Shown piece by piece: positions 8,244-16,062 of a stretch of DNA of 24,000 nucleotides. The stretch's first letter is position 1. Each line of letters starts with the position of its first letter. The stretch spans positions 2,470,800 through 2,494,799 of the forward strand of contig CP126122.1 in the NCBI GenBank assembly GCA_030123565.1. Direction: 5' to 3'. The position numbers and the translations under genes are program-made. This stretch comes from Nitrospira sp. (lineage in GTDB: Bacteria; Nitrospirota; Nitrospiria; Nitrospirales; Nitrospiraceae). The notes below the pieces were generated by a model. That model did not search any database. It saw only the letters and a program-made list of their open reading frames with translations, and was not told the DNA's origin.

Positions 8244-8272
8244 GTTATACCTCGCACGATTTCCCTATTCAA
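8244..8272 (-). promoter_or_regulatory. sigma70-like promoter for the predicted tracrRNA
   Basis: Minus strand TTGAAT (8272-8267), 17 nt, then TATAAC (8249-8244). The anti-repeat begins 7 nt downstream of the -10 element. Confidence 0.5.
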
Positions 8273-8606
8273 GCCTTATCACCTAGGGAAGACCTAATAA
8301 TAGCTCCATCTGCCGAAATCCCTTGAGCAGGTCTTTGACTGAAGTGATGTTACGTTCCAGAATTTGTAATAGGTTCGATCTGAGCGGGCGACCCCCGGCT
8401 TCACTGAAGGCATAGGGGCTCTCGTAACTTTACGAGGAAAACAAGAGGGACCTACCTGAATCTGCGAGGAAATTCCAAATGAATTCCGCCCAGCAAGACC
8501 CGAAATGGTCGCACCGAACCGTGAAAGGCGGATGACTGCTCAGGTGCTGATTTCGTTCTGAACTTTTTTGGACACAACAGTTCGAGAGGGCTTGACGATG
8601 GTCTGA

Positions 8607-9620
8607 TTACCGGCTATCGCTCCCGACGGCGGTCGGAGCGGCATCTTCTTTGGTCGGAAGCGCCGGAACTGCAAGGACCGGTGTGGCTGAGGCGGGATTC
8701 TGGGGAAAGGGGAGTTCCAGCAGCGCATAGGGATTCACCCGGGCGCCGTTCGCCTTCATTCCCCAGTGGAGATGGGGGCCGGTGGCGCGGCCTGTGGCAC
8801 CGACCTTGCCGATGACCTGGCCGGCCTTGATCAAGTCGCCCTCCTTGACCAGCACGTCTGAGAGGTGGAAATACATCGAGTAGAGGCCGAGGCCATGGTC
8901 CAGATAGACGCCCCTGCCGGAAAAGATATGGTCCACGGTGAGGCGGACGACCCCGTCGTTGCTGGCCATGACGGCCGTGCCGAGCGGCGCGCCGATATCT
9001 TCGCCGTTGTGGGGATTCCTGGCCTGGCCGTTCATGATGCGGACGCTGCCGAAGATGCCGGTGCGTTTTCCATGGACCGGTTCGATGAACCCCGCCTGCC
9101 ACAACCGCATGGCGGATTCTTCGGCCAAGGCCTTACGGACCTGCTCCTGCTCGGCCTTCCAGCGCGCCGCTGCCTTCTCATCGAGATCGACCTTGTCTTT
9201 CGGCAAGGTGAGATGTTCGACGGCGAATTTCTCCTTCGCCACGAAGACCTGATAGGTGAAGTGCCGCATCTGCTCGCCCAGTTGCGCATCGATCGTCAAT
9301 TCATGCGTGCCCGGCTCATCCTGCAGGTCGATCCCCAGCAACCCGATATACCCGGCTTCGCCGGCGGAAGGGTTCGGAAACAACGTGACGGTACGACCAA
9401 GGAATCGGCCCTTCACGGTGGTGGCGTCCCTGAGGTTCGGCACCGTGATGACGAGGACCTGCCCCTGTTTCCCGCTGAACCGTCCGTCGGCGCCTCGCTG
9501 CGTGGGTGCCGAGTTGGGGAACAGCTCGACCGGAAACACGCTGGCCAGCAGGACGATGGAAATGATAAAGAGGCGATCCAGCGACGACATGGTCTTGTCC
9601 AGCCCCGCAGCCCGTTTCAT
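8607..9620 (-). CDS. secreted M23/LytM-family peptidoglycan endopeptidase (catalytic motifs intact)
   Basis: 337 aa with a hydrophobic N-terminal signal-like segment, HNGEDIG (HxxxD) and GPHLHWG (HxH). Its ATG overlaps the pafA stop as ATGA (9617-9620). An alternative start lies at 9590. Confidence 0.88.
   Translation of the reverse strand: MKRAAGLDKTMSSLDRLFIISIVLLASVFPVELFPNSAPTQRGADGRFSGKQGQVLVITVPNLRDATTVKGRFLGRTVTLFPNPSAGEAGYIGLLGIDLQDEPGTHELTIDAQLGEQMRHFTYQVFVAKEKFAVEHLTLPKDKVDLDEKAAARWKAEQEQVRKALAEESAMRLWQAGFIEPVHGKRTGIFGSVRIMNGQARNPHNGEDIGAPLGTAVMASNDGVVRLTVDHIFSGRGVYLDHGLGLYSMYFHLSDVLVKEGDLIKAGQVIGKVGATGRATGPHLHWGMKANGARVNPYALLELPFPQNPASATPVLAVPALPTKEDAAPTAVGSDSR
8615..8765. repeat. 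right copy of the 151-bp direct repeat (it forms the 3' end of the intact M23 peptidase gene)
   Basis: 150/151 identity to 1817-1967. Confidence 0.9.
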
Positions 9621-10993
9621 CGATAAAATCGGACGCCGGAAACCTGTGCCAACAATTCTTCGACCCGCCGGTTCACTGCGCTGAACGGATCCATACAGAG
9701 GATCGTCTCTTCCCAGTACCCGTTCAACTTCAGATAGGTCCAGTCTACCGTATAGGAGCGGTTCTTGGCACGCGCAAATCGAATGAAGTCGCCGCGGACC
9801 TTTGCGCGGGTGGTCTGGGGCGGCACCGACATGGCCCGTTGCACGGCTTCTTCCTCCACCACCCGAACGGCCATCCCCCGATTCTCCATCAAATAATACA
9901 GTCCGCGGGTGCGTTTCACGTCATGAAATTGCAAATCCAACAGGAAGACCCTGGGATCATCCCAGCCGCAGTCTTTCTTGTCGATGTACGATTGGATGAG
10001 GTGCTTCTTCATCACCCAATCGACCTCGTGCACCAATTGCATCGGGTCCTCTTCGAGACGATCCAGTACCCAGACCCACTTGGTCAGGACGTCGTCCAGG
10101 ATCGGATCATGGTCCTGCGCCGCCAGAAATTCTTTCGCGCGCTTGACGTAGACCCGCTGGATTTCGATGGCGGTCATCTGCCGACCGTCGTCCAACTTTA
10201 CTTTTTTATTGAGTGTGGGGTCGCGGGAAATCTCGCGGATGGCCTTGACGGGATCTTCGAGTTCCATACCGGTGACGGAAAAACCTGCTTCGGCCATCGA
10301 GAGCACCAGGGTCGCGGTCCCGACCTTCAGATAGGTGGCATACTCCGACATGTTCGAGTCGCCCACGATGATGTGGAGCCGCCGGTATTTCTCCGCGTCC
10401 GCATGGGGTTCATCGCGGGTATTGATGATGCTCCGTGACGACGTAGTGGAGGACGAGGTCTTTTCATGGATATGTTGGGCGCGCTGCGAGATGAAGTATT
10501 GCGGCTTGCCCGAGACCTTCAACACCTTGCCGGCGCCGGAGTAGATTTGTCGCGTCACGAAAAACGGAATGAGCTGCTCGGTGACTTTCCAGAAATCGAC
10601 GTCCCGGCGCATGAGGTAGTTCTCATGGCAACCGTAGGTATTGCCGAGCGAGTCGGTGTTGTTCTTGAAAATATAGATTTCACCGGACAGGCCTTCTTCC
10701 CGCAGGCGCTCTTCGGCCGCCGGCAAACAGGCCTCCAGCAATCGCTCACCGGCCTTGTCGTGCACGACCAGATCGAGGATGTTGTCGCATTCCGGCGTGG
10801 AATACTCGGGGTGGCAGCCGGTGTCCTGGTAGAATCGCGCCCCGTTGACCAGGAATGCGTTGGACGGCCAACTGTTGGGAATCAGCCCCTCGAAGATATA
10901 GCCCAACACCTTCTCCATCGGGAGATAGATCTTCCCGTTCGGGGAGAAGATCAGGCCATATTCGTTTTCCAGGCCGAAAATTCGCTGTTGCAT
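9617..10993 (-). CDS. pafA: Pup/UBact-protein ligase PafA homolog
   Basis: MQQRIFGLENEYG start, HPEYSTPE, NTYGCHENYL and RDEPHADAEKYRRLHIIVGDSNM. It lacks the Dop-specific loop and lies downstream of prcA as in canonical clusters. The start at 10993 has GGAG 9 nt upstream; the ORF extends to 11053. Confidence 0.82.
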   Translation of the reverse strand: MQQRIFGLENEYGLIFSPNGKIYLPMEKVLGYIFEGLIPNSWPSNAFLVNGARFYQDTGCHPEYSTPECDNILDLVVHDKAGERLLEACLPAAEERLREEGLSGEIYIFKNNTDSLGNTYGCHENYLMRRDVDFWKVTEQLIPFFVTRQIYSGAGKVLKVSGKPQYFISQRAQHIHEKTSSSTTSSRSIINTRDEPHADAEKYRRLHIIVGDSNMSEYATYLKVGTATLVLSMAEAGFSVTGMELEDPVKAIREISRDPTLNKKVKLDDGRQMTAIEIQRVYVKRAKEFLAAQDHDPILDDVLTKWVWVLDRLEEDPMQLVHEVDWVMKKHLIQSYIDKKDCGWDDPRVFLLDLQFHDVKRTRGLYYLMENRGMAVRVVEEEAVQRAMSVPPQTTRAKVRGDFIRFARAKNRSYTVDWTYLKLNGYWEETILCMDPFSAVNRRVEELLAQVSGVRFYR

Positions 10994-11024
10994 GGGTCTG
11001 CGCTCCATCACGACCGTCTGTATC

Positions 11025-11053
11025 AGAATACACCGTGACAGGCGAGGCTTCAA
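11025..11053 (-). promoter_or_regulatory. possible internal promoter for pafA and the M23 peptidase gene
   Basis: Minus strand TTGAAG (11053-11048), 17 nt, then TATTCT (11030-11025), in the 170-nt prcA-pafA gap. Confidence 0.35.
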
Positions 11054-11163
11054 CCGACGGCGTGATTGCGTCCGGAACAGAGAGGGAAAGGGGAGGCGCC
11101 GCTACAACCATATTCCGGTTGCAGCGAATCCCATCGGTGACGTAGCTCGTTCGAGAAGAGGGA

Positions 11164-11847
11164 CTAGGCGAAGAGTTGTGCGATATCGGTGCCGCTCAAC
11201 CGTCTGAACTTCCGCCCGAGGCGGCTCCTGTCCAACACGGCCGCTTCGAGATTTTCGGAGGGAATTTTTTGATTCGCGACCTGCTCCAGGGCGGCAAGGC
11301 ACCGTCTGAGACCGTCCTTGAGTGTCGGAGGCTGCGCCGTGGCATGTTCCCGCAGGTATTGCTGCACGGCTTCCGATCGCCCGCCGATGACCGCAAAACT
11401 CTTCTCATCGACGATGCTCCCGTCGAACGAGATGCGATAGATCTCATTCGCCTGGCCCTGGGCCCCGACCTGCACCACGAGGATTTCCACTTCCAGCGGT
11501 TTGACATCCTGGCTGAACGCCGTCCCCAAACTCTGCGAATAGGCGTTGGACAGGGTACGGGCGCTCACGTCTTCACGGCTGTACATGTAGCCGGTCAGGT
11601 CGGCATGGCGGATGCCCGCCTTCCTGAGGTGCTCGAACTCGCTGTACTTGCCGGCCCCGGCAAAGGCGATGCGGTCGTACACTTCGGAGACTTTGTGCAA
11701 CGACGAGCTGGGGTTGTCGGCCGCCAGCAGAATACCGTCGACATACTCCAGGGCAATAATCGAGCGTCCCTTGGCGATGCCCTTCTTGGCATACTCCGCC
11801 TTGTCCTGCATCATTTGCTCGGGCGAGACGTAGTAGGGCAACGGCAT
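11164..11847 (-). CDS. prcA: 20S proteasome alpha subunit
   Basis: 227 aa starting MPLPYYVSPEQMMQDKAEYAKKGIAKGRS, with the Ntn-hydrolase proteasome fold pattern. It lies 3 nt downstream of prcB. Confidence 0.9.
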   Translation of the reverse strand: MPLPYYVSPEQMMQDKAEYAKKGIAKGRSIIALEYVDGILLAADNPSSSLHKVSEVYDRIAFAGAGKYSEFEHLRKAGIRHADLTGYMYSREDVSARTLSNAYSQSLGTAFSQDVKPLEVEILVVQVGAQGQANEIYRISFDGSIVDEKSFAVIGGRSEAVQQYLREHATAQPPTLKDGLRRCLAALEQVANQKIPSENLEAAVLDRSRLGRKFRRLSGTDIAQLFA

Positions 11848-11850
11848 CGA

Positions 11851-12675
11851 CTAGGATCTCCTTCGCTCCGCGATCATGGTTTCGTACAGGGCCCGGACCC
11901 GCTCTTCCGGCACATCGACAAGGCCGATGTTGCTGACGATCTTCGCCGTCGGATAGATGCCGCGAACCAGATCGGGTCCCCCGGTTCCCACATCCTCATC
12001 GGCCGCGTTGTACAACGCCAACAGCCCGACCCGGAGCGCCTCCTCTTCCGAAAGCCCCGGCCGGTAATGTTCGCGCATGGTGTTGCGGGCGTCCTTGCCG
12101 CCGGACCCGATGGAGTGGTGATCCGATTCTTCGTAGCGGCCGCCCGTGATGTCGTACTTGAAAATACGGCCTTCCTTCCGCTTCAGATCGTACCCGACAT
12201 AGAGCGGCATGACGACCAGTCCCTGGAACACCATGGGCAGATTGGCCTTCACCATCTGCCCCAGCTTGTTGGCCTTGCCTTCGCAGGAGAGTTGCACTCC
12301 CTCCAGCTTCTCATAATGTTCGAGCTCGGTCTGAAACAGCTTGGCCATCTCGATGCAGGGTCCGGCAGCCCCGGCGATCGCCATGGCGGAATACTCGTCG
12401 ATGCGAAACACCTTCTCGATACGACGGTCGGCGATTTGAAAACCTTCCGTGGCCCGGCGGTCTCCCGCAATGATCGCTCCATCGCGATACTTCAGCGCCA
12501 ACACCGTCGTCCCCTGCGGCACCGGGATGGTTCCGATGCGGCTCACATCCTGGGACAAGGACAGGGGCCGAGCGGCGATCTCGTTCGAGCAGGGCGTCAA
12601 CTCCGGATAGTGGCGTGTGAGGAAGTCGAAGAAACTGGACCCCTCGTGATGTGGAAGGAATGGACCCTGTTTCAT
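11851..12675 (-). CDS. prcB: 20S proteasome beta subunit (with ~56-aa propeptide)
   Basis: 274 aa. The propeptide ends ...PVPQG and is followed by TTVLALKYRDGAIIAGDRRAT (catalytic Thr1). Confidence 0.9.
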   Translation of the reverse strand: MKQGPFLPHHEGSSFFDFLTRHYPELTPCSNEIAARPLSLSQDVSRIGTIPVPQGTTVLALKYRDGAIIAGDRRATEGFQIADRRIEKVFRIDEYSAMAIAGAAGPCIEMAKLFQTELEHYEKLEGVQLSCEGKANKLGQMVKANLPMVFQGLVVMPLYVGYDLKRKEGRIFKYDITGGRYEESDHHSIGSGGKDARNTMREHYRPGLSEEEALRVGLLALYNAADEDVGTGGPDLVRGIYPTAKIVSNIGLVDVPEERVRALYETMIAERRRS

Positions 12676-12688
12676 GTGAACGTCGTGG

Positions 12689-14188
12689 TTAGGTCGAAAG
12701 TTTTGCGAGCAGCGCGGCGGCGGTCTCCGCTTGAGCCAGGAGTTCCCCTGTCAGAGATTCGGTCCCGCGCAGGGGTTCCATCAAGGGAATCCGCTTGATC
12801 TTGTTCTGCCCGATATCGAACAACACGGACGTCCAACTTGCCCCGTAGACGGCGCTCGGGTACTTCTTGACACACTGGCCCCGGAAATAGGCCCGCGTTC
12901 CGACCGGCGGAGTGAACTCCGCCCTCGCGATCTCATGGTCCAGCACCACGCGCTCGATCATATGGCTGCGTTCCAGCGTATAGTACAGCCCTCGGTCGGG
13001 GCGGACGTCGTGATATTGGAGGTCCATCAAACGGACGCGCGAATCGTCCCAGCCGCAGGATTTACGCTCCATATAGGATTCGATCAAATACCGTTTGGCC
13101 ACCCAGTCCAATTCCCGCACCAACGACCGCGGGTCCCGTTCCAACCGGTCGAGCACATCCTCCCAGCGCACCAACACGTCTTTCGTGACCTGGCTGAGTT
13201 CATGGCAGGCATAAAAATCCTGGGCGGCCTTGAGGTAGGCACGCTGCACCGCGATCGCGGTCGTGGCGGTTCCATCGGCCAACTTGAGGGATTCCTTGAG
13301 CTGCACATCCCGGGATACCTGCTTGATTGCGCCGACCGGATCCGCCAGGCTGATCCGGGGCAGGTCCGCTCCGGCTTCAAGCAAGTCCAACACCATCGAC
13401 AAGGCGCCCACCTTGAGGTAGGTCGAGAGTTCCGCCATGTTGGCATCGCCGACGATCACATGGAGCCGACGATATTTCCCCGAGTCGGAATGCGGCTCAT
13501 CGCGCGTGTTGATGATCGGCCGCCTGACCATGGTGTTGAGATCGACGAGGGTTTCGAAGAAGTCGGCCCGCTGCGAAATCTGGTACTCGACGGGGTTGGT
13601 CTGATTCTCCGCCCCCACCTTGCCCGATCCGGCATAAATGAGCCGCGTGACGAGGAAGGGAGTGAGCACCTGCGTGATCCGCTCGAACGACACCGCGCGC
13701 GACACCAGGTAGTTCTCGTGGTATCCGTAGCTGTTCCCCTTGCCGTCTGAATTGTTTTTGTACAGGACGAACTGCTCGCGGCCACGCGCCTTGGTGATGC
13801 CTTCCAACGCCTGCGCAATGATGCGCTCGCCGACCCGTTCAAACGCCACCACTTCCCTGGCATTGGTACATTCCGGAGTCGAATACTCGGGGTGGGCACC
13901 ATCGACATAGAGCCGGCCACCGTTGGCCAGTACCTTGTTGAGCTGCCGATTGTAATCGGGTCCCGGCCGTTCCCGTTCTCCGTCCACCTCGAACCCGCGC
14001 GCGTCCAGCAAGGGATTTTCGTTTTCGTAATCCCATACCGCGTGGGGCGCCGGCAGGTTCGGATAGTACCCGATCAGATGGATTGAATTGGCGACCGGAT
14101 CCGCTGCGTTGGGATCGCGACTGGCGATACCGAATTCCGTCTCCGTGCCGAGGACACGGGACAGGTTGTGCGAATGAGATTCTTTCAT
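12689..14188 (-). CDS. dop: depupylase/deamidase Dop homolog
   Basis: 499 aa with LGTETEFG, AHPEYSTPE, NSYGYHENYL and RDEPHSDSGKYRRLHVIVGDANM. It carries an extra loop (DARGFEVDGERERPGPDYNRQLNK) that is absent from the pafA paralog. It lies directly downstream of mpa. Confidence 0.82.
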   Translation of the reverse strand: MKESHSHNLSRVLGTETEFGIASRDPNAADPVANSIHLIGYYPNLPAPHAVWDYENENPLLDARGFEVDGERERPGPDYNRQLNKVLANGGRLYVDGAHPEYSTPECTNAREVVAFERVGERIIAQALEGITKARGREQFVLYKNNSDGKGNSYGYHENYLVSRAVSFERITQVLTPFLVTRLIYAGSGKVGAENQTNPVEYQISQRADFFETLVDLNTMVRRPIINTRDEPHSDSGKYRRLHVIVGDANMAELSTYLKVGALSMVLDLLEAGADLPRISLADPVGAIKQVSRDVQLKESLKLADGTATTAIAVQRAYLKAAQDFYACHELSQVTKDVLVRWEDVLDRLERDPRSLVRELDWVAKRYLIESYMERKSCGWDDSRVRLMDLQYHDVRPDRGLYYTLERSHMIERVVLDHEIARAEFTPPVGTRAYFRGQCVKKYPSAVYGASWTSVLFDIGQNKIKRIPLMEPLRGTESLTGELLAQAETAAALLAKLST

Positions 14189-14203
14189 GGAAGGTCGAGC
14201 GTG

Positions 14204-15973
14204 TTACAGGTAGTGCCCGGTGTTGACCGTTTCGATTTGACGGGACTCCGCCGGCCCGCCGCTGATCGTCCGAAGATGGACGATCTTCTCACCCTTCTTG
14301 CCGGCGACCTTCGCCCAATCGTCCGGATTGGTGGTGTTGGGCAAGTCTTCGTGCTCCTTGAATTCTTCACGGATCGCCCGCACCAGATCCTCGGCCCGCA
14401 GACCGGCTCCCTCTTGAGCGATCGCCCGCTTCACCGCATATTTCTTGGCGCGCGACACGATGCCCTCGATCAAGGCGCCGCTGGCAAAATCCTTGAAGTA
14501 GAGCACTTCCTTCTCGCCGTTCGCGTAGGTCACCTCGATGAACTTGTTCTCGTCCGACATGGCATACATGGCCTCGACGGTCGTGTTCATGAGCGAATCG
14601 ACGAGCGCGCGGGCATCCCCGCCGTGCCGCTTCAGGTCGTCGTCGGCGAACGGCAGGTCGGGCGTCACGTATTTGGAGAAGATATCCCGCGCCGCGACGG
14701 CATCGGGGCGGCCGACCTTGACCTTCACATCCAGCCGACCGGCGCGCAGCACGGCCGGATCGATCAAATCCTGCCGGTTGCTGGCGCCGATGACAATCAC
14801 GTTGTTCAGCCGCTCCACTCCGTCGATCTCCGACAGAAACTGCGGCACGATGGTGGACTCGATGTCGGACGAAATGCCGGTACCGCGCGTGCGGAAGAGC
14901 GCATCCATTTCATCGAAAAAGACGATCACCGGATGGCCGTCGTCGGCCCGTTCCTTCGCCTTCTTGAAGACTTCGCGCACCTGCCGTTCCGACTCCCCCA
15001 CATACTTGCTCAGCAGTTCAGGCCCCTTCACATGGAGGAAATAGCTGCGCAGCTGCTTGTCCTTGAGATGGCCGAGCTTCTTCGCGATCGAACTGGCGAC
15101 GGCCTTGGCGATCAAGGTCTTCCCGCAGCCGGGCGGGCCATAGAGCAAGACGCCCTTCGGTGCGCTCAGCTTGTAATCGGAGAAGACGTGCGGATAGAGG
15201 AACGGCAACTCGACCGCATCGCGGACCTGCTCGATTTCTTTCTGAAGCCCCCCGATGTGTTCGTAATCCACATCCGGCACTTCCTCCAGGACCAGTTCCT
15301 CTGCTTCCGACTTCGGCAGTTTTTCGATCACGCAGCCCGAACGAGGATCGTACAGCAAATGGTCCCCGACGCTCAGTCGCTCGCTCAACAGGGGTTCGCC
15401 GAGTTCCGCGACCTTTTCCTCATCGAAATGCAACGTCACCAGCGCCCTGTTGCCCTCCAACACGTCTTTCAACCGGACGACTTCTCCCTGCACGTCGAAC
15501 CCGCGCGCCTCGATGACGTTCAACGCTTCGTTGAGAATGACTTCCTGGCCCTTGCGGAGTTCCTTCGCCTTGATGGAAGGATGGAGACTGACCTTCATCT
15601 TGCGGCCGGATACGTAGACATTCCCGGTCCCATCGCTATCCAGGCTGGAGAAGATTCCGTAGGTGGAGGGTGGAGCGGTCAGCTTTTCGACTTCGGCCCG
15701 CAGCGCCTCGATCTGAGATTTGGCTTCTTGGAGGGTCGCGACGAGTTTTTCGTTTTGCTTCGTCGCCTGCTCGAGCTGGTATCGCGACTGATAGAGTCGC
15801 CGGATCTCCTCCTCCATCGACTGGATTTGGATGCGAAGTTTTTCGACTTCGCGCGTATGTTCGTCGTTCTTGTGAGTCACGACCCCATCTCCGTCAGAAA
15901 GTGACTTGGTGATGCGTTTGACGGAATCACGTAAGGACCGGAGTCGGCCTGAACTCCCCTTTGATTCGGCCAT
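14204..15973 (-). CDS. mpa: proteasome-associated AAA+ ATPase (Mpa/ARC)
   Basis: 589 aa with an N-terminal coiled coil, OB domains, Walker A GPPGCGKT and Walker B VIVFFDEMD. The C-terminal GHYL tail resembles the proteasome-docking GQYL motif. Confidence 0.92.
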   Translation of the reverse strand: MAESKGSSGRLRSLRDSVKRITKSLSDGDGVVTHKNDEHTREVEKLRIQIQSMEEEIRRLYQSRYQLEQATKQNEKLVATLQEAKSQIEALRAEVEKLTAPPSTYGIFSSLDSDGTGNVYVSGRKMKVSLHPSIKAKELRKGQEVILNEALNVIEARGFDVQGEVVRLKDVLEGNRALVTLHFDEEKVAELGEPLLSERLSVGDHLLYDPRSGCVIEKLPKSEAEELVLEEVPDVDYEHIGGLQKEIEQVRDAVELPFLYPHVFSDYKLSAPKGVLLYGPPGCGKTLIAKAVASSIAKKLGHLKDKQLRSYFLHVKGPELLSKYVGESERQVREVFKKAKERADDGHPVIVFFDEMDALFRTRGTGISSDIESTIVPQFLSEIDGVERLNNVIVIGASNRQDLIDPAVLRAGRLDVKVKVGRPDAVAARDIFSKYVTPDLPFADDDLKRHGGDARALVDSLMNTTVEAMYAMSDENKFIEVTYANGEKEVLYFKDFASGALIEGIVSRAKKYAVKRAIAQEGAGLRAEDLVRAIREEFKEHEDLPNTTNPDDWAKVAGKKGEKIVHLRTISGGPAESRQIETVNTGHYL

Positions 15974-16033
15974 GGCCCCACTCGCTGAATCGTTCGAAAG
16001 CCTTGTCAGGAACGGTCGTCCACGTTGTTTCGG

Positions 16034-16062
16034 ATTCTATCATCCACATAGGGGGTGGTCAA
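16034..16062 (-). promoter_or_regulatory. probable promoter of the mpa-dop-prcBA operon
   Basis: Minus strand TTGACC (16062-16057), 17 nt, then TAGAAT (16039-16034), about 60 nt upstream of the mpa ATG. Confidence 0.4.

Larger units (their letters stand above)
1968..8614. mobile_element. integrated CRISPR-Cas genomic island (array, cas4, cas2, cas1, cas9, tracrRNA and 378 bp of non-coding DNA) with no recombinase gene
   Basis: It is bounded by the 151-bp direct repeats and sits in the 3' end of a host gene. It is visibly more AT-rich than the flanks, and its antisense shadow ORFs are far shorter than those in the flanks. Confidence 0.6.

Noticed and set aside
1968-8614. Searched the island for an integrase, transposase, terminal inverted repeats or a tRNA target
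   Set aside because: None was found. Every sizeable ORF is accounted for by the cas genes, and the island ends share no inverted similarity, so no specific mobile-element family can be assigned.
10994-11111. N-terminal extension of the pafA ORF (to 11053) and an overlapping 121-aa ORF (10746-11111)
   Set aside because: The extension precedes the conserved FGLENEYG start region and lies upstream of the predicted promoter and SD. The 121-aa ORF is out of frame within pafA and has no features.
11176-15904. Very long plus-strand ORFs (11176-12798 of 540 aa, 12731-13750 of 339 aa, 14168-15904 of 578 aa) opposite prcA, prcB, dop and mpa
   Set aside because: They are antisense to genes with unambiguous proteasome, Dop and AAA+ motifs, and their sequences are low-complexity. 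They are a GC-skewed codon-structure artefact.
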